Positions 26,705 to 36,159 are shown, counted from the stretch's first letter. The stretch is DNA of 60,438 nucleotides from Dehalococcoidia bacterium (GCA_034421435.1 DAOUKJ010000037.1:1-60438), one strand, 5' to 3'. Numbers and translations: made by a program. Notes: generated from the letters alone by a model not told the origin.

Positions 26705-29182
26705 ATGGCAGGACCTTGCAGTGGGTATACCGTTCTGGACTTCAGCTTCGGGATGCCGGGCGCTCTGGCCACCGCCGTACTTGCCGACTTCGGCGCCGAG
26801 GTGGTCAAGGTCGAGCCTCCCTCAGGCGATCCCTACCGTGGACAGGGCAACTGGCTTGCCTGGAACCGCGGCAAGAAGAGCATCACGCTTGACCTGGACA
26901 CCGAGGAGGGCCGCGAGCAGGCGCAAGCACTGGCCCGCAAAGCCGACGTCGTGGTGGAGAGCTTCCGCCCAGGCGTCAGCAGCGCCAAGGGCATCGACTA
27001 CGATACCCTCTCGGCCGCTAACCCCATGCTGGTCTACTGCTCCATCACGGGGTTCGGCCAGAAGGGGCCGCTGAGCGGCTACAAGGACTACGAGGGCGTC
27101 ATCGCCGCCAAGAGCGGCCGAATGGCCACGTGGGGAGGACAGCTTGACAGACCCGGCCCGGTGTACGCAGCCGTCCGCACCGCAACGTGGGCTTCAAGCC
27201 AGGGAGCCGTGCGCGGCATTCTGGGCGCACTCCGCCTGCGAGACCGGCTGAGCCGCGGCCAGTGGGTGCAGACCAGCGTGGTGCAGGGCATGATCCCCTA
27301 CTACGGCGGCCGGCCTCTGTCCATTCACTTCGCCCGGAAGGACTCGGAGCGATTCCCGTCCGCCGGCCAGGGACCTCAGACGCTTCCAACGCTCGAGTAC
27401 ATTCCCGTGCGCACCAAGGACGGGCGATGGCTCCAGCACGCCAACAACCGCCAGGGGCCAAGGCTCCTGCCCGCCCACCTCAGGGCCATCGGTCTGGGAT
27501 GGGTACTGGAGGACGAGCGATACAAGAACGTCTTTGCCCTGCCGGAGGACCGCAGGGAGGAGTTGCGCGAGCTAATCCTTGAGAAGATGCAGGAGAAGAC
27601 CGTCGACGAGTGGATGGAAATCTATGTGGAGGACGGCGACATCGCAGCGGAGCCGTACGTGTACACGGTCGAGGGCATGAAGCACCCGCAGTTCCTCCAC
27701 AACAAGCACGTGGTTGACATAGACGACCCGCGAGTGGGGCCTATGAAGGTGGTGGGACTCGTGGCCGACCTGTCGGAGACGCCCGGCGAGGTTGGCGGCC
27801 CCGCGCCGTATCTCGGCGAGCACACCGCCGACGTCCTCGAAGGTATCGAGGAGCGCGTTCCCGTAGCTCCGGCGGGCGCCAGCAATGGACACGGCAATGG
27901 TCACACACCCGCCTACCTGCTCGACGGCGTCACCGTGCTGGACTTCTCCACCGTCATCGCGGGGCCGTACGGCGCGTCCATGATCGCAGACTTGGGCGCA
28001 CGCGTCATCAAGGTGGACGCCACGCCCGGCCGCGCTCCCGCGACCAGACCCGGCGGCGTTCAGAACCTCATGACCATGCGCACGTACGCCGGCAAGGAGT
28101 GCATCCAGGTTGACCTCCAGACTCCGGAGGGCCAGGAGCTTATCCACAAGCTGGTGGCCCAGTCCGACGTCCTGCTGCACAACTTCCGGCCCGGCGTGCC
28201 CAACCGGCTGGGCATCGACTACGAGACCTGCCGGCAGATCAACCCACGCATGGTGCACGTCTACGTGGGCGCATACGGCGCAACCGGCCCGCACAGCCGG
28301 CGGCCGGGCGCGCACCCGGTTCCAGGCGCGCTCTTCGGCGGAGCGCTCAGGCAGGCAGGCAAGGCCATGCCTCCCCCCACCTACCAGCCCATGAGCATGG
28401 AGGAGATCAAGGACACGTCCCGCCGCATGATGCGCGCCAACGAGGGCAACCCGGACCCCAACTCCTCGCAGGCCGTCGGGACCGCCATCATGCTCGGCCT
28501 GCTGGCAAGGGAGCGCACGGGTCAGGGCCAGGCCATACAGGCGACGATGATGTGCGCCAACGCATGGGCCAACCACGACGAGGCCTACGACTACAACGGG
28601 CGGCCACCCTACGCCGTGCCGGACGCGGACTGCTACGGCCTGCACGCCCTCTACAGGATCTACGAGGCGAGCGACGGCCATGTCTTCCTGGCATGCCCGT
28701 TTGAGGAGGAGTGGCAAGCGCTCTGCCACGCCATCGGACGGTCGGACCTCATCGGAGACCCGCGGTTCGCGCCGGCGGCCCGCAAGTCGCATGACGAGGA
28801 GCTCATCGAGCAGTTGGCCGCGGTGTTCGCCACACGCACGGCCGCGGAGTGGGAGGATCTGCTGACCGCCGAGGACGTGGCCTGCGTACGCGTATCCAAC
28901 AGCGACGACTCGGAGGAGTTCTATCTGGACCATCCGCAGTCGCTGGAGAACGGCTTTGCCGTCCACACCGAGTCGGACAGCCCCAGGTTCGGCGGATACA
29001 TGCGACCGGGCGGCATCGTTCACATGTCGGAGACCCCCGGCCGCTACAGGGCGGCCCCGTACCCCGGCCAGCATACGCAGGTGGTCATGCGGGAGATGGG
29101 CTACGGGGAAGCGGAGATAGAGGCGTACAAGGAGCGGAGCATCGTGCACTGGGAGGAGCCCAACCCCTGGTTCACGAGCTGA
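26705..29182 (+). CDS. Tandem-fused class III CoA-transferase 2
   Basis: Two CaiB repeats, Asp584 in NPDPNS, and AAGGAGG before ATG 26705. Confidence 0.92.
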   Translation: MAGPCSGYTVLDFSFGMPGALATAVLADFGAEVVKVEPPSGDPYRGQGNWLAWNRGKKSITLDLDTEEGREQAQALARKADVVVESFRPGVSSAKGIDYDTLSAANPMLVYCSITGFGQKGPLSGYKDYEGVIAAKSGRMATWGGQLDRPGPVYAAVRTATWASSQGAVRGILGALRLRDRLSRGQWVQTSVVQGMIPYYGGRPLSIHFARKDSERFPSAGQGPQTLPTLEYIPVRTKDGRWLQHANNRQGPRLLPAHLRAIGLGWVLEDERYKNVFALPEDRREELRELILEKMQEKTVDEWMEIYVEDGDIAAEPYVYTVEGMKHPQFLHNKHVVDIDDPRVGPMKVVGLVADLSETPGEVGGPAPYLGEHTADVLEGIEERVPVAPAGASNGHGNGHTPAYLLDGVTVLDFSTVIAGPYGASMIADLGARVIKVDATPGRAPATRPGGVQNLMTMRTYAGKECIQVDLQTPEGQELIHKLVAQSDVLLHNFRPGVPNRLGIDYETCRQINPRMVHVYVGAYGATGPHSRRPGAHPVPGALFGGALRQAGKAMPPPTYQPMSMEEIKDTSRRMMRANEGNPDPNSSQAVGTAIMLGLLARERTGQGQAIQATMMCANAWANHDEAYDYNGRPPYAVPDADCYGLHALYRIYEASDGHVFLACPFEEEWQALCHAIGRSDLIGDPRFAPAARKSHDEELIEQLAAVFATRTAAEWEDLLTAEDVACVRVSNSDDSEEFYLDHPQSLENGFAVHTESDSPRFGGYMRPGGIVHMSETPGRYRAAPYPGQHTQVVMREMGYGEAEIEAYKERSIVHWEEPNPWFTS

Positions 29183-29233
29183 CGCTCCCGAATGAACGTT
29201 TGTAGCGCAATCAGATCAAAGAGGAGGTGAGGT

Positions 29234-29644
29234 ATGCCCAAGACCATTCCGGTACCCGATGCGGTGGACAAGCCCTTCTGGGACGCCGTGAACGAGAAGA
29301 GGCTTTTGCTACAGCACTGCGCGGAATGCGACAAACTCCAGTACCCCATAAAGGCGACGTGCGGGCATTGCGATACCAAGGACCCCCTGGGCTGGAAGGA
29401 GGTTGAGGGGAAGGGACACATCCTGGAGACCCTGGTGGTCCACGACACCCGCGTGGTGCGCCTCAAGGGCGACGTGCCCTTCAACGTCGCCATAGTCTCG
29501 CTGGATGAGGACCCGTCGATCAACTTCCTGGCCAACCTGCCAGGCACGCCGGTCAACGAGGGCCCGCAGGGCGCGGCCGTGGAGGTGGTCTACGAAGAGC
29601 TGGAGCCGGGAGTGTTCATCCACGACTGGAAGGTTGTGGAGTAG
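29234..29644 (+). CDS. DUF35 zinc-ribbon/OB-fold protein
   Basis: PFWDAV, CAEC...CGHC zinc ribbon, then an OB fold. Confidence 0.88.
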   Translation: MPKTIPVPDAVDKPFWDAVNEKRLLLQHCAECDKLQYPIKATCGHCDTKDPLGWKEVEGKGHILETLVVHDTRVVRLKGDVPFNVAIVSLDEDPSINFLANLPGTPVNEGPQGAAVEVVYEELEPGVFIHDWKVVE

Positions 29645-29708
29645 TTGGGAGAGATCCCGACACCGGAGCGGCTCCAAATTCACTGTCAACCCGATATAGG
29701 AGGAAGCA

Positions 29709-31028
29709 ATGACTAGCAGCGCTGGAGGATTCCCCAGATACGCAGAGGGAATGGGCCTCTGGGAGCACCGCGGCAAGGTGGCAGTAGTTGGCTACGGGTA
29801 CTCCGCCATCGACCGCCGCTGGGACGGCGTGAGCATGGACAGAACCCTGGGCGCCTTTCAGCTCGCCGCCATGCAGAACGCCATCGAGGACGCCGGTCTG
29901 ACTGCCGCGGACATCGACGGCTTCATGTGCAGCGAGGCCATGGCCGGCGACACGTGGGCACAGGAAGACCGCGGCGACCCAAGGCCATACTTCGACCCGC
30001 CCTACGACTCGGAGGACGGCCTCAGCCTCACCTCCGCCGACTGGCTCATCGCCGGCATGGCGCGCGAGGGCACGCCACTCTCCAATCTCCAGTGGATCGA
30101 CCGCAACGAGCTCGCAATTGGTCAGGAGACCGGCAAGGCTGCGCAGGCCGTGGGAGACGGCATGGCCAACGTCCTGCTCATGACCTACAACATGGGCAAC
30201 GTCCCCGGCAGGTACAAGCTGGAAGAAGGCGCCTACTCCGAGGGCGGACGCAAGTGGTCGGCGCCCTGGGGTTGGATGACCTCCGCCATGATGCAGCACG
30301 CCTTCGTGTTCATGCAGTACTGCACCAAGTACGGCGGCAGCCACGACGACCTGGCACCGTTCGTGCTCAACCAGCGCAGGAACGGCCTGCTCACGCCGTG
30401 GGGCTACTACGCGCAGCACGAGCCCTACCAGATCACGCTGGAGGACTACCTGACCCAGCGCTACATCTGCTGGCCCAACGGACTGCTCGACTCCGACCGG
30501 CCGGTCAATCACGCGTTCGCCATGATCTTCACCACCGCCGAGCGCGCCAAGGACATGAAGCAGAAGCCCATCTACGTCCTGAGCCACGTTCAGGCCAGCC
30601 ATCCAACCAAGACCACCATGGCCACCCTGGAAGACCACGAGGCGTGGACGTACAGCCTGGCTCGCAGGCTGTACGAGGGCGCAGGAGCGCGGCCGGAGGA
30701 CCTTGACATCTTTAACCCCTACGACGGGTTCGCCACCTTCACGCAGAGCTACCTGGAAGGCTTCCAGTGGCACGGCGTCAAGCGCGGCGAGGCGTTCGAC
30801 TTCTACGCCGGCGACATACGGGTTGAGGGGCCTCACCCCTTCAACTCCAGCGGCGGCAACCTAGGTTGCGGACGCACCCGCACGGCCATGTACACGGACA
30901 GCATCGAGCAGCTCCGCGGCACCGCGGGCGATCGCCAGGTGACCGTCCGCGCCGAGACCGCGGCCATGGGCCAGGTCACGCCCGGAGGCAACGGCCACAT
31001 CTTCCTGAGCGTGCACCCGCAGATCTAG
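29709..31028 (+). CDS. Thiolase-fold protein (SCP-x/Ltp2-like), lacking the nucleophilic Cys
   Basis: Motifs VAVVGYG, AIEDAGL, YDGF, NSSGGNLG and EQLRG. Confidence 0.85.
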   Translation: MTSSAGGFPRYAEGMGLWEHRGKVAVVGYGYSAIDRRWDGVSMDRTLGAFQLAAMQNAIEDAGLTAADIDGFMCSEAMAGDTWAQEDRGDPRPYFDPPYDSEDGLSLTSADWLIAGMAREGTPLSNLQWIDRNELAIGQETGKAAQAVGDGMANVLLMTYNMGNVPGRYKLEEGAYSEGGRKWSAPWGWMTSAMMQHAFVFMQYCTKYGGSHDDLAPFVLNQRRNGLLTPWGYYAQHEPYQITLEDYLTQRYICWPNGLLDSDRPVNHAFAMIFTTAERAKDMKQKPIYVLSHVQASHPTKTTMATLEDHEAWTYSLARRLYEGAGARPEDLDIFNPYDGFATFTQSYLEGFQWHGVKRGEAFDFYAGDIRVEGPHPFNSSGGNLGCGRTRTAMYTDSIEQLRGTAGDRQVTVRAETAAMGQVTPGGNGHIFLSVHPQI

Positions 31029-31036
31029 CTCGCTCT

Positions 31037-31074
31037 AGCCCGGTCGGCGGCCGAAGCTGACCGCCGACCGGGTT
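31037..31074 (+). terminator. 12-14 bp stem-loop between the thiolase-like and HAD genes
   Basis: CCCGGTCGGCGG-N10-CCGCCGACCGGG. Confidence 0.6.
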
Positions 31075-31115
31075 GCGGCCTCACTCTCACCACAACTGCC
31101 ACAGGAGGACACTGC

Positions 31116-31568
31116 TTGGAGCAAAGGATACCTGCTACATCCAGCGAGGACGGCTCTGAAGGTGCAGCCGAAGGGCGCCCCATCGGCCTCATCAGCTTTG
31201 ACATCGACGGCACCCTGACCACGGGCCACGGCCCCGGCCCAATCACCAGGGACATGGTGGAGCGCGCCAAGGAGTGGGGCTACATCATCGGCAGCTGTTC
31301 CGACAGACCCGTGGGCGACCAGAAGAACATGTGGGAGACGTGGGGTATCGAGGTCTCGTTCACCGTGCTGAAGCACATGCTGGAAACCGTGAAGTCGCGC
31401 TTCGAAGCCGATTCATACGTCCACATCGGCGATACCGACGTGGACTATCACTTCGCGCGGGTGTCGGGCTTCGACTTCCTGCAGGTGCAGACTATGGACC
31501 CTGAGCCTTGGATGCTTAGCCCGGAGGACGGCCAGTGCCACTGGGGGCCTGAAGGCAGGACCCGGTAG
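31116..31568 (+). CDS. Minimal capless HAD-family hydrolase (intact motifs)
   Basis: Motifs FDIDGT, SCS, VLK and HIGDTDVD. AGGAGG precedes the TTG start. Confidence 0.8.
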   Translation: MEQRIPATSSEDGSEGAAEGRPIGLISFDIDGTLTTGHGPGPITRDMVERAKEWGYIIGSCSDRPVGDQKNMWETWGIEVSFTVLKHMLETVKSRFEADSYVHIGDTDVDYHFARVSGFDFLQVQTMDPEPWMLSPEDGQCHWGPEGRTR

Positions 31569-31581
31569 CACGCGGGCGCCG

Positions 31582-32028
31582 TTGGACCAGATTGCATCGG
31601 AGGAACCCACCCCGTTGAAGAGGCTCATCGCCTTTGACATAGACAACGTGCTTGAGATGTCCGCGGAGCCGGGCCCCGTTACACTGGCCATGGTGAGGCG
31701 GGCCCAGGACTTGGGCTACATCATAGGAAGCTGCTCGGACATCCCGGTGGCCCAGCAGCAGGCCATGTGGGAGAAGCACGGCGTTCCTGTGGACTTTACG
31801 GTGCTCAAGCACAGGTTGGATGAGATCAATGCCCAGTTCCAGGCTGATGAGTGCTACCTCGTCAGCCCCAGGGACACCGGCGATTACTCTCGGATTTATG
31901 GCTTTACGTTTCTGCCGGTTCACACCACCAGGGACCAGCCCTGGATGCTTGACGAGGCCGGGAGGCCCCTTCCATTCCCTGGTACTTCACCGCAGCTCTG
32001 GCAAACAGCCACAGGAGGAACACAGTGA
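31582..32028 (+). CDS. Minimal HAD-family paralog with degenerate motif IV
   Basis: FDIDNV, YIIGSCSD and FTVLKH are shared with the upstream gene. The GDxxxD position reads VSPRDTGD. Stop overlaps the next start. Confidence 0.72.
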   Translation: MDQIASEEPTPLKRLIAFDIDNVLEMSAEPGPVTLAMVRRAQDLGYIIGSCSDIPVAQQQAMWEKHGVPVDFTVLKHRLDEINAQFQADECYLVSPRDTGDYSRIYGFTFLPVHTTRDQPWMLDEAGRPLPFPGTSPQLWQTATGGTQ

Positions 32029-34490
32029 CTCAACCGCTTGACAACATCGTTGTGCTCGACTTTACGACGGGACGAGCAGGATCCGTCGCCACCATGGTTC
32101 TTTCAGACTTCGGCGCAGAGGTCATCAAGGTGGAGCCGCCGGAGGGCGACCCATACCGTCAGTTTCCACAGAGCCTGCTCTGGAACCGCGGCAAGAAGAG
32201 CGTTGTGCTCGACCTGAACACGCCTGAGGGCAAGGAGCGGGCGCGCGGGCTGCTGATGCAGGCTGACGTGGTCGTCGAGAGCTTCCGCCCGGGCGAGGCG
32301 GACGCGCTGGGCATCGGATACGATGAGGTCGCCGCTGAGCGGCCCGACCTCGTCTACTGCTCCATCACCGCCTTCGGCCCCAAGGGGCCGTACGCCCATT
32401 ACAAGCCCTACGACGGCGTTGTGGCCGCCAAGGTGGGGCGATTCTCGGTGTTCACCGGCCAGTCGAAGCGCCCAGGCCCACACTACGCGGCCGTGCAGGT
32501 CGCCAACCACGGCACAGCCATGGCAGCCGTCAGGGGCATCGTTTCCGCGCTATTGGTGCGTGAGAAGACGGGCGTGGGCCAGCACGTGGAGACCAGCCTG
32601 ATACAGGGCATCAGCCCGTTCGACGTGAACAACTGGCTTGTGTGGCAGATGATGATCAAGTTCCCGGACCGGTTCCAGGACGACCCGCAGTCCGATCCCA
32701 ACCGCCAGCCGGGCGTGGGCTACCAACCCGTCCGCACCAAGGACGGCCAGTGGATCCAGATGGCCAACATCATCGTCCGCCTCTTCCGCGAGTCGCTGGT
32801 GGTCATGGGCCTTGGTCACGTCCTCGAAGACCCGCGCTTCGCACGCGCCCCCACGCTCATGCCGGAGGAGCGCGAGGAGCTTCGCGCCATGGTCCTGAAC
32901 AAGGCCCTGGAGAAGACCGCCGATGAGTGGATGGACGTATTCGTAAATCAGACTGCGAACGTGGCCGCCGAGACGTTCCTGACCACGCAGCAGGGCATGG
33001 ACCACCCGCAGATCGTCCACAACCGCCACGTGGTTGAAGTGGACGACCCCACTGTCGGCCCCATGAGGCAGGTGGGAGTGCTGGTGCGACTGGACGAGAC
33101 GCCCGGCAGCGTGAAGGCGCCTGCCCCCACGCTCGGACAGCACACCGAGGAGGCCCTCGGCCTGCTGGAGGCGGCCCCCGCAGTGAGGGGCGCAACCAAC
33201 GGCGCGGCCGTGGAGCTTCCGGCGCATCCGCTCACGGGATACACCGTGCTTGACCTCTCGACAGTCATCGCAGGCCCGCTCTCCACGTCGCTCAACTACG
33301 AGCTGGGCGCAAGGGTGATCCGCATCGAGACCCTGGAGGGCGACACCATGCGCCGCAACTTTGATGGGCTGGGCGCAAACCGCACGCAGGCCGGCGCGGA
33401 GAACATCTCCATCAACCTGCAGACGCCGGAGGGCAAGGAGATCTTCGACCGGCTGGTGGCCAAGGTGGACATTCTTGTGCACAACATGAGGCCGGGCGCG
33501 CCGGAGCGCCTGGGCATCGGCTACGAGCAGGTCAAGCAGATCAACCCAGGCATCGTCTACGTGTACGCGGGCGGATACGGCGACACCGGTCCGCACTCGC
33601 ACCGGCCCGCCATGCACCCCATCGGCGGCGCGGTCACCGGCGGCGTCTTGCACCAGCTTGGCAAGTTCGAAATGCCTCCTGCAGACCAGACCATGACCAT
33701 CGAAGAGATCCAGGAGTTTGCCCGCCGCCTGGGTCGCTCCAACGAGACGAATCCCGACCCCAACTCCTCGATGGTGATCTCCACCGGCGCGCTGCTGGGT
33801 CTGTGCGCCCGCGAGCGGCACGGCGTGGGCGGCCAGTACGTCCTCTCGACGATGATCGGGGCGAACGCCTACGCCAACCTGGACGACTTCTTCTCCTATG
33901 ACGGCAAGCCGGAGCGCCTGATCCCGGACGCCGACGGCCACGGCCCCCACGCGCTCTACCGCCTCTACCAGGCGCGGCGAGGCTGGGTCTTCCTGGCATG
34001 CCTGTTCGAGGAGGAGTGGCAGACGCTGTGTCGAACGCTCGGCCTCGACGATATGCTCACTGACCCGCGCTTCTCGACTGAGGCAGCACGCCTGGAGAAC
34101 GACGACGCGCTGATCGAGCGGCTGCAGGAGGTCTTCTCGACCCGCAATCCCGCGGAGTGGGAGGAGCTGCTCATCGCCGAGGACGTGGCCTGCGTGGAGG
34201 TGGAGGAGAGTGGGATGTTCAACTTCTACTCGCAGGACCCGCACGTGGCGGAGAACGACTTCATCCAGCCCGCGGAGAGCCTGCGCATAGGAAGCTACTG
34301 GCGCTACGGGCCGGTGGTCAACCTTTCCCGCACGCCGAGCAGGGTCGGCTCCGGGCCGCTGAGGGGCCAGCACACCCGCAGCCTCCTCAGTGAGGTCGGC
34401 TACTCCGAGGCGGAGATAGACGAGCTGTACGAGAAGCAGGTGGTTGGCTCAGAGGAGCCCACCAAGTGGGACGAGGAGGCCGGGCACTAG
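32025..34490 (+). CDS. Tandem-fused class III CoA-transferase 3
   Basis: Two CaiB repeats, Asp578 in NPDPNS, and AGGAGG before GTG. Confidence 0.92.
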   Translation: MTQPLDNIVVLDFTTGRAGSVATMVLSDFGAEVIKVEPPEGDPYRQFPQSLLWNRGKKSVVLDLNTPEGKERARGLLMQADVVVESFRPGEADALGIGYDEVAAERPDLVYCSITAFGPKGPYAHYKPYDGVVAAKVGRFSVFTGQSKRPGPHYAAVQVANHGTAMAAVRGIVSALLVREKTGVGQHVETSLIQGISPFDVNNWLVWQMMIKFPDRFQDDPQSDPNRQPGVGYQPVRTKDGQWIQMANIIVRLFRESLVVMGLGHVLEDPRFARAPTLMPEEREELRAMVLNKALEKTADEWMDVFVNQTANVAAETFLTTQQGMDHPQIVHNRHVVEVDDPTVGPMRQVGVLVRLDETPGSVKAPAPTLGQHTEEALGLLEAAPAVRGATNGAAVELPAHPLTGYTVLDLSTVIAGPLSTSLNYELGARVIRIETLEGDTMRRNFDGLGANRTQAGAENISINLQTPEGKEIFDRLVAKVDILVHNMRPGAPERLGIGYEQVKQINPGIVYVYAGGYGDTGPHSHRPAMHPIGGAVTGGVLHQLGKFEMPPADQTMTIEEIQEFARRLGRSNETNPDPNSSMVISTGALLGLCARERHGVGGQYVLSTMIGANAYANLDDFFSYDGKPERLIPDADGHGPHALYRLYQARRGWVFLACLFEEEWQTLCRTLGLDDMLTDPRFSTEAARLENDDALIERLQEVFSTRNPAEWEELLIAEDVACVEVEESGMFNFYSQDPHVAENDFIQPAESLRIGSYWRYGPVVNLSRTPSRVGSGPLRGQHTRSLLSEVGYSEAEIDELYEKQVVGSEEPTKWDEEAGH

Positions 34491-34513
34491 AGCTTCCGCT
34501 CAATGCCGTTTGT

Positions 34514-34666
34514 CGCGCCCGCTCATATCCTTCGACCAGGCTCAGGATGAGCGGGCGCGGTGTTTGGCGTATCCACACCGCCCAAATGGTTCGACAGGCT
34601 CACCACGAGCGGTGCGATGTGGCCCGTCCCTTCCCCATCGATGAGGGAAGGTTGGGATGGGGGTGA
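34514..34666. repeat. Mosaic REP-like cassette (three palindromic modules)
   Basis: CCGCTCAT-..CCTTCGACCAGGCTCAGG-ATGAGCGG; CACCGC..TGGTTCGACAGGCTCACC..GCGGTG; CCCTTCCCCATCGATGAGGGAAGGTTGGGATGGGGGTGA. Confidence 0.8.
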
Positions 34667-34669
34667 ACG

Positions 34670-35641
34670 CTAACGCACCAGTCCCCGTCGAAGACCTAGC
34701 TTCTCGCGAAACTCCTCCGGTATGGAGTCCCATCTGTCAACGAGCAGGTCTACTAGTTGGCGCCCGTCTATAAGACCAATGCGTGGGAAGCCAGGCTCAA
34801 CGGCGATCTCCCTTGCCTTGGCTGGATAGCTGGCCGTCGTAATGAGTGCCCCCTGCCCATCCCTCGGTATGGATCCTCGGAACTCCCGCACGGTCTTCGC
34901 GCTCACTCTCGTTCCCTGCTTGTACCGCTTAGCCTGAACGAACAGCTTGACCTTGGCCAAGCCCGCCAGGTCGAGCTCTCCCATTACGTCCACGCCACCG
35001 TCGCCTGTCTTCCCAGTAACCTCGGTCTCTTCAAAGCCCAGGGCCGCTAGCAGGCTCTCTACCAGTTCCTCAAACTCGCCGGGAGCAAGCTCGAGAATCT
35101 GGTCCAGCACTACCCTGTACGGGTCTGCGGCTGTGGGCCTTGCCTTTGAGATCGACGCACCCGCTCCAACCCTGGAAAGGAACTCCTCGACGTGCGAGAC
35201 TGAGAACACAGTTTTCATCGCGCGGACAGTCTGTTGGAACGGTATGGAGAGTTCCGAGCGTCTGATGCGTGGCTCGGCCCAATCAACGTTCCAGCGATGA
35301 GGATATGGACAGCCGTCGGCGGCGTTCGGAGCGTAGTAGTAGGTGCCATCAGCCGGCACACGGCCGTAGTGCAGCCACTCAGTGTTGGCGGGAGGCGTAA
35401 TCACATAATCTCCTGGCTTGATGTCAAGGATAAATGCGGCTATTTGGCCTTGGTGGTTCCGGATGCGGCCGGTGTTCCTCAACGCTGGGTAAGCCTTCCA
35501 GAGCATATCCTGAACTTCCTCTCTGGATTGAACACCACTAAGGTCTGGAACAGCAAGCCACTCTATTCCGGCGTAGCCCCCATCCAGAAAGCGCTGCGCG
35601 TACTTCCCACCGTCAGCTCGTATGCACCACACTCTCACCAT
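34670..35641 (-). CDS. Mrr-like type IV restriction endonuclease
   Basis: C-terminal FEELV...GDGGVDV...VQAKRY (Mrr-type PD-(D/E)xK). N-terminal WCIRA...GIEW domain. More AT-rich. Confidence 0.85.
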   Translation of the reverse strand: MVRVWCIRADGGKYAQRFLDGGYAGIEWLAVPDLSGVQSREEVQDMLWKAYPALRNTGRIRNHQGQIAAFILDIKPGDYVITPPANTEWLHYGRVPADGTYYYAPNAADGCPYPHRWNVDWAEPRIRRSELSIPFQQTVRAMKTVFSVSHVEEFLSRVGAGASISKARPTAADPYRVVLDQILELAPGEFEELVESLLAALGFEETEVTGKTGDGGVDVMGELDLAGLAKVKLFVQAKRYKQGTRVSAKTVREFRGSIPRDGQGALITTASYPAKAREIAVEPGFPRIGLIDGRQLVDLLVDRWDSIPEEFREKLGLRRGLVR

Positions 35642-35718
35642 CCGTGCCTCCTCAATCCTTCTCTATGGATAATTCATTCCAATGGGTGAATTTCCCACTT
35701 TGTCGACGACTCTTGCCC

Positions 35719-36159
35719 TCAATCCCCACCCCCAACCTCCTCCGCCAGCAGCTCGCGGCTGAACGCGCCGATCTCATCCCGGATGCGGCGGAAGACGGGC
35801 AGCAGCTCGTCGTCTCCCGCGCCGGGCCTGTCCGGGTCCTCGAAGTCGCGGTGGAGCAGCCTGGCCGCGCCCGGGAAGACCGGGCAGCTCTCCCGCGCCG
35901 AGTCGCACACCGTGACCACCAGGTCGAACGGCTCACCCACGTAAGTGTCCACGTGGTCGGACGTGTGGCCCGAAATGTCGATTCCCACCTCGGCCATGAC
36001 CTGGATCGCGAGTGGGTGAACTCCCTTCGGCTGAGTGCCTGCGCTCCACACGCGCACGCCTTCGCCTCCCAGGTGGCTGAGCCAGCCGTGGGCCATCTGC
36101 GACCGTGCCCGGTTCCCGGTGCAGATCACTAGTATGCGAAACGGCGCGCTCGTAGCCAT
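35719..36159 (-). CDS. arsC: Arsenate reductase, LMW-PTP (thioredoxin-type) family
   Basis: CTGNRAR P-loop (CX5R), SAGT, and VCD...CP distal Cys pair. Confidence 0.8.
   Translation of the reverse strand: MATSAPFRILVICTGNRARSQMAHGWLSHLGGEGVRVWSAGTQPKGVHPLAIQVMAEVGIDISGHTSDHVDTYVGEPFDLVVTVCDSARESCPVFPGAARLLHRDFEDPDRPGAGDDELLPVFRRIRDEIGAFSRELLAEEVGGGD

Noticed and set aside
34576-34614. GGTTCGA motif resembling a tRNA T-arm (also at 36812 and 48533)
   Set aside because: It sits inside REP hairpins, with no cloverleaf, D-arm or acceptor stem.
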